From Ignavibacteriales bacterium (GTDB taxonomy: Bacteria; Bacteroidota; Ignavibacteria; Ignavibacteriales; Ignavibacteriaceae), in the NCBI GenBank assembly GCA_016709765.1, contig JADJMD010000013.1:376593-408592 (forward strand): a stretch of 32,000 nucleotides of DNA, in the 5' to 3' direction. Both the position numbers and the translations under genes were made by a program. The notes below the pieces were generated by a model, which saw only the letters and a list, made by a program, of their open reading frames with translations, ran no database searches and had not been told where the DNA came from. Below, piece after piece: positions 17,805-25,937 of the stretch. Numbering within the stretch: the stretch's first letter is position 1; each line of letters starts with the position of its first letter.

Positions 17805-18215
17805 TCAATTAGCTTTAGATTTATTGATTAAATCTGACAAACGTGTTTTATTTAGCATATTTATAAGGTCTTTCTGTGATCTGGTCCATATATCGTGCAT
17901 TGAACAAGGATTGTCTAAAGCGCACGTATCGAAACCAAAAAAACAGCCTGGTTCTTTCTTAAATCCTTCAACTGCATCTATTATTTCCGATATTCTAATT
18001 TTATCTGCTTTTCTAGCGAGTAAAAATCCACCGCTTCTTCCCTGGATACTTTTTATTAAACCACTTTTAGAAAGGTCTGTAAGCAGTCTCTGCAAATATT
18101 TTTTAGGAATTTTAAGTTCTTTATGTAATTCCAGTGATGAATGTAATTTTTTTTCTTCACCTGCCATAAGTGCTAAAACCCTTAATGCATATTCTGTAGT
18201 TTTTGAAAAAGTCAT
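17805..18215 (-). CDS. Rrf2-family transcriptional regulator (NsrR/IscR-like, three-Cys cluster ligands)
   Basis: N-terminal wHTH (TEYALRVLALMA...LQRLLTDLSKSGLIKSIQGRSGG). C-x6-C-x5-C motif in CFFGFDTCALDNPC. Confidence 0.85.
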   Translation of the reverse strand: MTFSKTTEYALRVLALMAGEEKKLHSSLELHKELKIPKKYLQRLLTDLSKSGLIKSIQGRSGGFLLARKADKIRISEIIDAVEGFKKEPGCFFGFDTCALDNPCSMHDIWTRSQKDLINMLNKTRLSDLINKSKAN

Positions 18216-18238
18216 ACTATTAAATTATTAACTTATAC

Positions 18239-18592
18239 TTAAAACGTAAACACTTTATCAGCTTCAACAGTCCACTGAGCAAGTTCACTCATATTACTCC
18301 TTGAACAGCCATCTATAAATTGAAGCGCAGCAACTCCACGCGCATCAATACATCCGCCGCAGAGTTTTACTTTTCCGCCTTTGTTTATAATGGCTTTTAA
18401 CATTCTTTCGATGTTATAATATCCTTGTGGTGTGTTTTGATTTAACAATGCACCTGTTACTGAATCAGCCATTAGAAAAACATTAACTTCAACTTCAGAG
18501 TGTTCCTTCTGGATCGTCATTGCAAGTCTGCAAGCGTTATAGAATTTTTCTGTACCGTAAGGTGCATCGTTAATTAAGAAAAGTATTTTCAA
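18239..18592 (-). CDS. DsrE/DsrF/TusD-like family protein
   Basis: 117 aa. MKILFLINDAPYGTEKFYNACRLA...VNVFLMADSV...KLCGGCIDARG is typical of the DsrE-like fold. Confidence 0.65.
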   Translation of the reverse strand: MKILFLINDAPYGTEKFYNACRLAMTIQKEHSEVEVNVFLMADSVTGALLNQNTPQGYYNIERMLKAIINKGGKVKLCGGCIDARGVAALQFIDGCSRSNMSELAQWTVEADKVFTF

Positions 18593-18655
18593 TTTAGATA
18601 CCTTTAAATCTGAGATTTAGTGTTGAATTTAATTTAACTATTGTTGTTAAATGAC

Positions 18656-19282
18656 TTATTTCTTGCTTTTTTTCTTTTCCAAGCGAGTTGCTTTTCCCTT
18701 CTTGTCTTTAGCCTTTTCTCTTCGAATTATGTTCGCTATTGTTTTTGCCAATTCCTGATTCACTTCAGGCATTGACATATCATCAGTGATTGCATCATAA
18801 ATCTTTTGGACTTGAAAAGTTGCTTTAGTTTCTTCAGCAATCTTAGGATGATGATTGATATGATAATCAATCTTTAATTTCAAATCAGGAATTTTTTCTA
18901 AAGCTTTTTTCTGCGAAGGATAATTAACTGAGTGAAAATTTTCTAGAATGGCGATTGACCCTCTTAACTTCAGAAGGTCATCTACAGAGAATTCATTCTT
19001 ATATTTTGAAAAGAAATCAGACAAAAGAGATACAACTTTATCAAACACAACTGGGATGTATGGCTTTAGTTTTCTAGCTTTGTTATAGCAAAGTATCGCA
19101 TCAGTTAGAAAACTTTTTTCTTCAAGATATTGAGCTGCTAACTTCCAGCCTTTATACATCAGCTCTTCTGAAATATCATACTCTTCGCCAACAGGCAAAG
19201 CATCCAGTAATTTTTTATACTCTTTATCTTTAATATTCTTGGTAATTCTAGCTTTCAGAATTACTTCACCGGTTATATCCAT
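18656..19282 (-). CDS. Hypothetical protein with Lys-rich C-terminal tail
   Basis: 208-aa ORF, helical and possibly TPR-like, ending in KAKDKKGKATRLEKKKSKK. No family recognised. Confidence 0.45.
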   Translation of the reverse strand: MDITGEVILKARITKNIKDKEYKKLLDALPVGEEYDISEELMYKGWKLAAQYLEEKSFLTDAILCYNKARKLKPYIPVVFDKVVSLLSDFFSKYKNEFSVDDLLKLRGSIAILENFHSVNYPSQKKALEKIPDLKLKIDYHINHHPKIAEETKATFQVQKIYDAITDDMSMPEVNQELAKTIANIIRREKAKDKKGKATRLEKKKSKK

Positions 19283-19446
19283 AAGCTAAATAAATGATTC
19301 TGTGTATTTATGATTATCTGTAAATCAAAAATAAACCTTACATTCCATAAAAGGTATTATTTCTGAGAAAGTTAAGCTATTTAATTTTAGTATGTTAACT
19401 TCTCAAACAATCATTCCATAAACCTTTACTTTCTTGGAAAACATTA

Positions 19447-19985
19447 TTATTTATTAATTTTAATATTCCTAAAAGTCAGACTCAATCTTACTCCCCTATC
19501 AACTCCATTGTCCTTCAATCTCGCTGGTATACTATGCTTCCATTTATATCTAGCTCCACCATACATCATCACTAAAGATCTTGGTAATAATAAAATCTCT
19601 TTCTTTGGAATGCCCTGCTGAGTAAATTCCATTATAGCAGTGCTTCCTAATGACAAGCTGAATATCCTTGGACCGAAACAACTTTCACAATCAATGTGCG
19701 GTGATATTCCTTGTCCAGGTTTGTATTCGTTTATTATAACTTGATCCGGAACAACTTCACATAAACCATCATCAAATATTTTTGTTGTTAATTCATTTAA
19801 CCATTTTGGCAATTTGCCAAGGTACATATCCTCTGTTACATTACGTGCCTGGTAATCATAACGATATCCATAGTGTTGCACTCTGAACTGTCCCAATCTT
19901 GTTTATCTATTGTTTTAGTAGACTGCTTTTCTTCAACTTCAGTAATATAATCTGGGATGTAGAGGAGGCTTCGTATTCCGAACAT
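19447..19985 (-). pseudogene. AlkB-like Fe(II)/2-oxoglutarate dioxygenase, disrupted by a 1-nt frameshift (or sequencing error)
   Basis: The track ORF (TTG start at 19896) carries RVQHYGYRYDY, PDQVIINEYKPGQGISPHIDC, RSLVMMYGGARYKWKHSIP and RLSLTFR. A 31-codon piece from ATG 19985 in another frame (MFGIRSLLYIPDYITEVEEKQSTKTIDKQDW) supplies the missing N-terminus. Adding one G to the GGG run (plus-strand CCC at 19892-19894) fuses them into ...KQDWGQFRVQHYGY. Confidence 0.7.
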
Positions 19986-20090
19986 ATGATATCTCTAATG
20001 TGTTAACCTATGATTGTAAAATTAAGTAATCGTTCGCTAATTATTATTCGGAAATTTTAAGATAATGGTGGAAAGCACCACCAGCTGCAG

Positions 20091-20516
20091 TTAAAAAAGT
20101 TCTTTCAGCTCATTATAGTATTTCAGATACTCAGCCAATCTTGCGTAGTCTCTAAACTTTGGATGTGCAATCCTTTTTATATCCAGATTATCTTCAAGAT
20201 CAGCAAGCTTAACTTTCAGCGCTATCTTATTTGTTTTAATTGCCTCAATATATTTTTTGTAGGGAACTTTTTTATCGTGGGTTAATAATCTAAGGGCAAT
20301 AATAACTTCTTCATTAAATCCTTCAACTTCTAATTGTTCAATAGTCCAATCTGTATCTTCGACAACATCGTGTAACACAGCAGCTATCATTTCATTTTCT
20401 GATTGCATCTTAAGCATAAGTCTTAGTGGATGTAAAATGTAAGGCTTCCCTGCTTTATCAACTTGATCTTTATGTGCTGAGATAGCTATTTCGATTGCGC
20501 GTTCAAGTAGATTCAT
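20091..20516 (-). CDS. Small HD-domain hydrolase of the RelA/SpoT (Mesh1/SAH-like) type
   Basis: 141 aa. AHKDQVDKAGKPYILHPL and AAVLHDVVEDT match the (p)ppGpp-hydrolase HD motifs. Confidence 0.7.
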   Translation of the reverse strand: MNLLERAIEIAISAHKDQVDKAGKPYILHPLRLMLKMQSENEMIAAVLHDVVEDTDWTIEQLEVEGFNEEVIIALRLLTHDKKVPYKKYIEAIKTNKIALKVKLADLEDNLDIKRIAHPKFRDYARLAEYLKYYNELKELF

Positions 20517-21339
20517 AAATAATTTTAATAGTAATTTATTGAATTAAAAATTTACTGTGAAATTTTATTAACGACTAACCAAACATCCTCAATCAAATTC
20601 AAATAAAAAAGAATCAAGAATTATTATTTTAATTAGGTATGACCATCTATGAGTAAAAGAACTTCAAATAATATTTATTTGGGTTGATAGTAAGTAGTAC
20701 ACCACGACTAAAATACAAATGAGAACTGCTGCTATCATAACTTCTAAAAATTATAGAGATGGATTCTTAAACTTCATAAAATTTTCAATCAATAGGGTGT
20801 ACAATAAAAACCGCATTACCCCGAGGTATTATCGAAGACTTTTTTTTACAGATAACTATAAAATGAGAATCTATAAAGTCTTTGGTTAGAGAGTTTATCT
20901 CAATTATCTTGTTGCCGTTCAATATAAGTCTTTCCAAAATTTGATTAAAATCATGATAAAGATAGTAACTAATCGAGAATTAAAAGATATATTTATTTTG
21001 AGCGGTAATTATTTTTGATGGAGAAGTTGAGATTTCCTAATGATGCTAAAATTAATTTATTGTCAAGAGTAAGTTGTATAAAATTTAATTTGTTTTTTTA
21101 ACAAATTATTTTCATTTTCGATTTGAATTAAGAGGGACTAGAAAGAATTTGCTTTTATAATTTGAAAAACCCAAAGCAGCTGTAACTACTTTGGGTTTAA
21201 AATGATAATTTCCGACAGCAAATTTAAGCTTGCGGTCGGATCATCTGATGTTAGTTGTGATAACTACAACCACAACTTAACCACTCTTTTGAATAAACGC
21301 AAGCGATTTTTTTTACTTTTTTAGAAAGGTGTCATTAAG

Positions 21340-21474
21340 ATGGCAAATCATAAAAAAGTGAAGCGCCAAGGTTTGCGTCTGATCTTTAGAAGATTTAGAA
21401 CTCTAAAAGACGGAAGAATTCTGGATGCTTACGATTATGGTTTAAGAGCTTGGCCAATGTGGGTCAAATCTTAG
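21340..21474 (+). CDS. Unannotated 44-codon basic ORF (MANHKKVKRQGLRLIFRRFRTLKDGRILDAYDYGLRAWPMWVKS)
   Basis: ATG..TAG. It uses GC-richer codons (CGC, CGT, CTG, GGT) than the surrounding AT-rich spacer and is followed 22 nt later by a clean terminator. It is too short for length alone to be significant. Confidence 0.3.
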   Translation: MANHKKVKRQGLRLIFRRFRTLKDGRILDAYDYGLRAWPMWVKS

Positions 21475-21496
21475 TAACTAATAATTGAACCGTTTG

Positions 21497-21525
21497 CCGG
21501 TGTCGGTCTACTACACCGGTTTTTA
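21497..21525 (+). terminator. Rho-independent terminator
   Basis: 7-bp stem CCGGTGT/ACACCGG (21497-21503 and 21513-21519) with a 9-nt loop, followed by TTTTT. Confidence 0.5.
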
Positions 21526-21703
21526 TATATTAAGATCGATTTTTCTTGAACACGAATACTTCTTTACCTAAATTAATCTCAATAATTAATTGATTTTGAA
21601 CTTTTGTACAAAGATTTTTTCTATTGCACATTTTCAAATCTATATTGTTCACTTCCAACTTTCTTACTGAGCGGGTAAAGGGTTAATACTATTCTTATAA
21701 TCT

Positions 21704-23278
21704 ATGGCAAAAAAAACTTCTAAACCTAAAAAACAAAAAAGTATCGAAGAAACTCTTTGGGATTCCGCCAACAAACTTCGCGGATCAGTAGAACCAGCCG
21801 AGTATAAACACGTTGTACTGGGACTCATCTTCCTAAAATTCGCTAGCGATAAATTTGAACAGCGTAAACAGGAACTCATATCAGAAGGCAAAGAAAAATA
21901 TATTGATATGGTTGAGTTCTATACTATGAAAAATGTTTTCTACCTTCCGGAAATTTCCCGGTGGACTTATTTAATTGAAAATGCAAAACAGTCAGATATC
22001 TCATTAAAAATTGATACTGCTCTTTTCACAGTTGAAAAAAATAATCCTGCTCTTAAAGGTGCTTTACCTGATAATTATTATTCCAGAATCAATCTAGAAC
22101 AAAGTAAAATTTCGGCATTATTAGATACTATTAATAATGTTGATACGCTCAGAGATAAAGAACAAGATCTTGTTGGTCGTGTATATGAATATTTCCTCAG
22201 CAAATTTGCTATTGCCGAAGGAAAAGGAAAAGGAGAATATTATACACCAAAATCTATCGTAAATTTGATCGCAGAATTGATCGAACCTTACAATGGTAAA
22301 ATATATGATCCCTGCTGCGGCTCAGGTGGTATGTTTGTTCAGTCTGTAAAGTTTGTAGAAAGTCATCACGGAAATAAAAAAAATATTTCCATTTATGGTC
22401 AGGAGGCAACAAACACTACTTACAAATTAGCTAAAATGAATCTTGCTATACGTGGTATTTCTGCAAACTTTGGTGAAAAAGCAGTTAGCACTTTTACAAA
22501 CGATCAGCATAAAGATCTTAAAGCTGATTTTGTTATGGCTAATCCCCCTTTCAATCAAAAAGATTGGCGTGCAAGTGACGAATTACTTTCTGATCCCCGT
22601 TGGAATGGATATGATGTACCGCCAGTCAGTAATGCAAATTATGCTTGGATATTAAATATAGTATCCAAACTGTCTGTAAACGGTGTAGCTGGATTTTTAT
22701 TAGCAAATGGTGCACTTGGCGATCCCGACACAATATCTATTCGTACACAACTAATTAAAAATGATCTTGTAGAATCTATAATTGTTTTGCCTCGTGATAT
22801 GTTTTATAGCACGGATATTAGCGTAACTCTTTGGATATTAAACGCTAATAAGAAATCGAGAACAATTGACCATGCGGGAAAAACTGTTAATTATCGTAAT
22901 CGCCAGAAGGAAGTACTCTTCATAGATTTACGACGATGTGGGGCTGAATATGAAAAAAAGTATATTCAACTTACAGAACAGGATGTTGAAAAAGTTAGAT
23001 CAACATATCATAATTGGCAATCAACCAAATACAAACAGGATTATCAAAATATTCCCGAGTATTGTTATTCTGCAACTTATAAAGAAATTGAAAATAATGG
23101 ATTTTCTTTAATCCCAAGCAAATATATTGAATTCGTTGATAGAGATAATAAGATTGATTTTGATAGAGAGATGAAACGGATTCAAAAAGAATTTAAAACA
23201 ATTCTAAAAGAAGAAATTGAATCGCAACAAGAATTACTAAATGCATTTAAAGGATTGGGGTATGAAATCAAACTTTAA
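21704..23278 (+). CDS. hsdM: Type I restriction-modification system, DNA methyltransferase subunit M
   Basis: HsdM_N-like LWDSANKLRGSVEPAEYKHVVLGLIFLKFASDKFE. SAM motif I is YDPCCGSGGMF. Catalytic motif IV is NPPF (VMANPPFNQKDW). Confidence 0.95.
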   Translation: MAKKTSKPKKQKSIEETLWDSANKLRGSVEPAEYKHVVLGLIFLKFASDKFEQRKQELISEGKEKYIDMVEFYTMKNVFYLPEISRWTYLIENAKQSDISLKIDTALFTVEKNNPALKGALPDNYYSRINLEQSKISALLDTINNVDTLRDKEQDLVGRVYEYFLSKFAIAEGKGKGEYYTPKSIVNLIAELIEPYNGKIYDPCCGSGGMFVQSVKFVESHHGNKKNISIYGQEATNTTYKLAKMNLAIRGISANFGEKAVSTFTNDQHKDLKADFVMANPPFNQKDWRASDELLSDPRWNGYDVPPVSNANYAWILNIVSKLSVNGVAGFLLANGALGDPDTISIRTQLIKNDLVESIIVLPRDMFYSTDISVTLWILNANKKSRTIDHAGKTVNYRNRQKEVLFIDLRRCGAEYEKKYIQLTEQDVEKVRSTYHNWQSTKYKQDYQNIPEYCYSATYKEIENNGFSLIPSKYIEFVDRDNKIDFDREMKRIQKEFKTILKEEIESQQELLNAFKGLGYEIKL

Positions 23279-24392
23279 ACGTATTGGAAATTATTTGCAG
23301 TTGGTTGATGAACGTAACACTGGACTAAAAATTACTCGCCTTTTAGGTATAAATATTACTAAAAACTTTATGCCTTCAGTCGCTAATACTTCTGGCGTCG
23401 ATTTATCAAGATACAAAACAGTTAAGAAAGATAGATTTGCTTGTAATATCATGCATGTAGGTAGAGATGAAAAACTGCCAATCGCTTTATACGCTGAAGA
23501 TGAACCGGCCATTGTTTCACCTGCTTATATGACTTTTGAAGTAATCAATACTCAAGAATTATTACCAGAATATTTAATGATGATATTTCAACGCGCTGAG
23601 TTCGATAGGTTTACTTGGTTTGTAAGTGATAATAGCGTAAGGGGTGGTTTGGATTGGGAAAGATTTTGTGAAATAGAAATTCCAATCCCAGATGATATTA
23701 AAGAACAAAAACTATTTGTTGAAATATATAGTAAATTACTTACCAATCAGGCGTGCTACGACAATAGTTTAAATGATCTTGAATTAATTTGTGATTCATT
23801 TATGGAATCACTTTTACAAACTGAAGTACCAAAAGTATTGGGTTCATACATTAAGCAATCAGAAGAGTACAACTCTAATTACACAATAAAAAATCTTTTA
23901 GGTATTAGTGTTGAAAAGAAATTTTTTCCATCTAAAACAAAACAAGAAGGTATTGATTTCAGAAGTTACAAGATTGTTAGAAAAAGGCAATTTGGATATG
24001 TTACTGTAACTTCAAGAAATGGTGAAAAAATTTCAATTGCATTATTGGAAGAGTCAGATGGCATTGTTTCAAGTACATATCTAGTATTTGATATTATTGA
24101 TAAAGATGTTCTTTTGCCTGAATTTCTTTTTCTATGGTTTAAACGACCAGAGTTTGATCGTTACGCTAGATACCACTCTTGGGGTAGTGCAAGAGAAACT
24201 TTCGACTGGACTGATATGTGCAATGTAAAATTGCCAATTCCAGATGTTGAAATTCAAAAATCAATTGTAGCGATCCACCATACACTTGAAACCCGAAAAA
24301 GATTAAATAATAAATTAAAAAACTTGATTGCTCCTCTATGCCCTATCTTAGTTAAAGGAGTTATTGGAAATTTTAAACTTGTAACTTCATAA
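23241..24392 (+). CDS. hsdS: Type I restriction-modification system, specificity subunit S
   Basis: Two tandem target-recognition halves. Each ends in a conserved block: LLPEYLMMIFQRAEFDRFTWFV...GLDWERFCEIEIPIPD and LLPEFLFLWFKRPEFDRYARYH...TFDWTDMCNVKLPIPD. It overlaps the hsdM end; the true start may be Met8 at 23262. Confidence 0.85.
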   Translation: MHLKDWGMKSNFKRIGNYLQLVDERNTGLKITRLLGINITKNFMPSVANTSGVDLSRYKTVKKDRFACNIMHVGRDEKLPIALYAEDEPAIVSPAYMTFEVINTQELLPEYLMMIFQRAEFDRFTWFVSDNSVRGGLDWERFCEIEIPIPDDIKEQKLFVEIYSKLLTNQACYDNSLNDLELICDSFMESLLQTEVPKVLGSYIKQSEEYNSNYTIKNLLGISVEKKFFPSKTKQEGIDFRSYKIVRKRQFGYVTVTSRNGEKISIALLEESDGIVSSTYLVFDIIDKDVLLPEFLFLWFKRPEFDRYARYHSWGSARETFDWTDMCNVKLPIPDVEIQKSIVAIHHTLETRKRLNNKLKNLIAPLCPILVKGVIGNFKLVTS

Positions 24393-24401
24393 ATAGATAC
24401 A

Positions 24402-25931
24402 ATGAAAATTAAGTCAGTCAAAATAAAAAATTTTAGAAGCTATAAAGATGAGATCAGTATTGAAATTGGTAATCTCACTGCTTTTGTTGGAAAGAATGAC
24501 ATTGGTAAATCTTCTCTTCTTGAAGTATTAGATTTTTTCTTCAACGAAGGAAAGGGTGTAATCAAATTAGATAAAGATGATATAAACAAATCAGCGTTAG
24601 CTGTTGGGGACAATGAAATTATTATTACTGTTGAATTTGAAGAATTACCTCCAACGATTGTAATTGACAGCACTAACGAAACCACACTCCAAAATGAATA
24701 TCTATTAAATCAATATGGACGCTTGACAATCATAAAAAAATATCCCAACGCAGGAAAAGAAAAAGTTTTTGTCAAAGCTTATCATCCAAACAATCCGCAT
24801 TGCAGAGATTTACTGAAGAAAACGAATACAGAGTTAAGAGCAATACTTAGCGATAGTAATATTGAATGTACTGATAGAACTAGGAATGCAGTGATGCGAA
24901 CTGCAATCTGGGATCATTATCGCGATTCACTTCAATTAGAAGATATTGAAATTGACGTTACAAAAGCGGATGTCAAATCCATTTGGGAAAAACTGCAAGA
25001 GTATTTGCCTTTATATTCATTATTTCAATCTGATAGAAAAAACAGTGATGGAGATAGTGAAGTACAAGACCCGTTAAAAGAAGCGGTAAAACAAATTCTC
25101 AAAAATGTAGAACTGAAAACTTTATTAAGCAGAGTTGCAGCTGAAGTTGAAACGAAATTAAGAGATGTAGCAAGTAGCACTCTTGAAAAACTAAACGAGC
25201 TGAATCCTGATGTTGCAAATTCTCTTAATCCAATCATTCCTTCTTCAGAAAATTTAAAATGGTTAGATGTTTTTAAAAGTGTTTCCATTGCTGGAGACGA
25301 GGATATTCCAATTAATAAAAGAGGTAGTGGAATAAAGCGTTTAATCCTGCTAAGCTTCTTTAGAGCAGAAGCAGAAAGAAGAAGGGCAGAAAAAAGTATT
25401 CCAAGCATTGTTTATGCTATTGAAGAACCCGAAACATCACAGCATACTGAACATCAGAAAAAATTAATGACCGCACTTTTAACTCTTGCAGGAGTTGCAA
25501 ACACTCAAATCCTTTTGACAACACACAGTGCAGTTGCAGTGAAAGAACTGAAGTTCGAACATATCCGCCTTATAGCTGAAACTGTAGAAGGCAAAACAAT
25601 AAAAGAAGTTATTCCAAATCAGTTGCCTTATCCCTCACTTAACGAAGTAAACTTTTTAGCGTTTAATGAAGTTACCGAAGAATATCACAATGAACTCTAT
25701 GGATTTATTGACGCAGAAGGATGGTTGAACAATTTCAAAAATGGCAAACCAACTATGAGTTACATCAAAGTATTAAGAGGTGGAAATACAAGATTAGAAC
25801 AAATAATACTTACAGAATATATCAGGCATCAAATTCATCATCCCGAAAACACGAACAATATAAGATTTACAAATGAGCAACTTTGTGAATCTATAAATCT
25901 AATGAGAGATTTTATTGAAGCACAACCATAA
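24402..25931 (+). CDS. ABC/SMC-type (AAA_15/AAA_21-like) ATPase with an uncharacterised ~130-aa C-terminal domain, embedded in the Type I R-M operon
   Basis: MKIKSVKIKNFRSYKD, Walker A GKNDIGKSS, RGSGIKRL, Walker B VYAIEEPE, H-loop LLTTHS. The C-terminus contains YIRHQIHHPEN (R-x4-H). It lies 9 nt after hsdS and 6 nt before hsdR. Confidence 0.8.
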   Translation: MKIKSVKIKNFRSYKDEISIEIGNLTAFVGKNDIGKSSLLEVLDFFFNEGKGVIKLDKDDINKSALAVGDNEIIITVEFEELPPTIVIDSTNETTLQNEYLLNQYGRLTIIKKYPNAGKEKVFVKAYHPNNPHCRDLLKKTNTELRAILSDSNIECTDRTRNAVMRTAIWDHYRDSLQLEDIEIDVTKADVKSIWEKLQEYLPLYSLFQSDRKNSDGDSEVQDPLKEAVKQILKNVELKTLLSRVAAEVETKLRDVASSTLEKLNELNPDVANSLNPIIPSSENLKWLDVFKSVSIAGDEDIPINKRGSGIKRLILLSFFRAEAERRRAEKSIPSIVYAIEEPETSQHTEHQKKLMTALLTLAGVANTQILLTTHSAVAVKELKFEHIRLIAETVEGKTIKEVIPNQLPYPSLNEVNFLAFNEVTEEYHNELYGFIDAEGWLNNFKNGKPTMSYIKVLRGGNTRLEQIILTEYIRHQIHHPENTNNIRFTNEQLCESINLMRDFIEAQP

Positions 25932-25937
25932 TTAAAT

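Noticed and set aside
17824-18231. A 135-aa plus-strand ORF covering almost the entire Rrf2 gene in antisense
   Set aside because: The minus-strand product has an unmistakable Rrf2 wHTH and the C-x6-C-x5-C motif. The plus-strand translation has no motifs. Its length is explained by the stop-poor antisense frame of a real gene.
20066-20083. The hairpin GGTGG-aaagca-CCACC just downstream of the HD-domain gene, as a terminator
   Set aside because: The stem is only 5 bp and no T-run follows on the minus strand. That is too weak to annotate.
20719-20889. A 56-codon plus-strand ORF (MRTAAIITSKNYRDGFLNFIKFSINRVYNKNRITPRYYRRLFFTDNYKMRIYKVFG) in the non-coding stretch
   Set aside because: By a rough stop-codon frequency estimate, one or two open stretches of this length are expected by chance in ~1.2 kb of this composition. 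It has no SD, no motifs and low-complexity content.
21696-21701. A perfect TATAAT hexamer 2 nt upstream of the hsdM ATG (possible leaderless promoter)
   Set aside because: A -10 box in that position would start transcription downstream of the ATG. This is probably a chance match in AT-rich DNA, and FCB-group promoters use a different -7 element.
21709-21716. An A8 homopolymer (plus two A6 runs) in the first codons of hsdM, as a possible phase-variation tract
   Set aside because: It encodes a Lys-rich N-terminal extension. A8 is short for slipped-strand switching and is common in a genome this AT-rich. There is no evidence of a frameshifted allele.
23241-24392. The internal duplication in HsdS as an unusual repeat
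   Set aside because: Two half-repeats (a TRD plus a conserved region each) are the normal architecture of Type I specificity subunits.
24402-25931. Calling the R-M-embedded ATPase an OLD-family (ATPase+Toprim) nuclease or Gabija GajA-like protein
   Set aside because: The C-terminal region is only ~130 aa and lacks a convincing Toprim E...DxD...; TVEGK/IDAEG is at best degenerate. It is left as an unknown domain with HEPN-like and Toprim-like alternatives.
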